Made by a program: the position numbers and the translations under genes. Under the pieces are notes generated by a model, which saw only the letters and a list, made by a program, of their open reading frames with translations, ran no database searches and had not been told where the DNA came from. Positions 63,822 to 64,000 of a DNA stretch of 64,000 nt are shown here, piece by piece. Every line of letters begins with the position of its first letter. Position 1 is the first letter of the stretch. Source of the stretch: Gammaproteobacteria bacterium (lineage in GTDB: Bacteria > Pseudomonadota > Gammaproteobacteria > Steroidobacterales > Rariloculaceae); the NCBI GenBank assembly GCA_035513215.1, contig DATKCK010000028.1:2386-66385 (forward strand), given 5' to 3'.

Positions 63822-64000
63822 ATGGAGACAATCGAACCGATACTGCTCGGGGTGATCCAGGGGCTCACCGAATTCTTGCCGGTATCGAGCTCGGGCCATC
63901 TTGTTATTTTCCAGGGTCTATTCGGAGTACGAGTCGGTGAGGGCATTGTCTTTGAGGTCGCCGTCCACTTAGCAACGTTGGCGGCGATCCTGCTCTTTTA
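63822..64000 (+). CDS. uppP: Undecaprenyl-diphosphate phosphatase (5-prime partial, runs off the window)
   Basis: My own translation from ATG 63822 gives METIEPILLGVIQGLTEFLPVSSSGHLVIFQGL..., the conserved UppP/BacA N-terminus. It is not in the ORF track because no stop falls inside the window. Confidence 0.85.
   Translation, partial: METIEPILLGVIQGLTEFLPVSSSGHLVIFQGLFGVRVGEGIVFEVAVHLATLAAILLF

Overview
This is a GC-rich, densely coding chromosomal segment that looks proteobacterial, probably from a gammaproteobacterium. I saw no transposases, integrases, CRISPR arrays or rRNA.

Layout from left to right:
- 0.1-7.4 kb: an NAD-type formate dehydrogenase operon (fdsG-B-A-D, then an FMN-dependent 2-hydroxyacid dehydrogenase, then fdhD).
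- 7.6-25.1 kb: an isoprenoid/hopanoid super-locus. HMG-CoA synthase is on the plus strand. A roughly 15 kb minus-strand block carries sqs, hpnG, hpnN, hpnA, the mevalonate genes (mvaD, pmk, a fused HMG-CoA reductase/mevalonate kinase, idi), hpnH, a broken hpnB, an odd lipoprotein-pilin fusion and an HpnM/MlaC-like gene. ispA is divergent from sqs. No squalene-hopene cyclase is present in the window.
- 25-39 kb: mostly housekeeping genes (apt, a sulfotransferase, DksA/TraR, indolepyruvate oxidoreductase, a ModF-like ABC ATPase, glnK-amtB with a sigma-54 promoter, an IMPase-family protein, an amidohydrolase, a PadR module).
- 39.5-50.4 kb: an ExeA-like AAA/FHA fusion gene, convergent with a ten-gene operon. 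The operon encodes TlpA, two small secreted proteins, three TPR proteins, ExbB, two ExbD paralogues and a PglI/AgmX-type TonB-like protein. It resembles the poorly understood non-myxobacterial core of the Agl-Glt machinery.
- 51-56 kb: purL, an MBL hydrolase and a DUF1820 protein.
- 56.2-59.7 kb: a TagH / PP2C phosphatase / Hanks kinase module with no T6SS structural genes nearby.
- 59.7-64 kb: a CDF exporter translationally coupled to crcB, tRNA-Ser(CGA), a lower-GC islet, a beta-propeller protein and the start of uppP.

A REP-like palindromic element built on GGGGTCAGACCCC occurs three times.

The most interesting items are the Exb/TPR/PglI-type operon, the leaderless pilin domain fused to a lipoprotein inside the hopanoid operon, the inverted-fragment lesion in hpnB, the mevalonate-hopanoid operon with the HMGR-MVK fusion, and the orphan TagH/kinase/phosphatase module.

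All functional calls rest on motif recognition by eye in the supplied translations. No database search was run.
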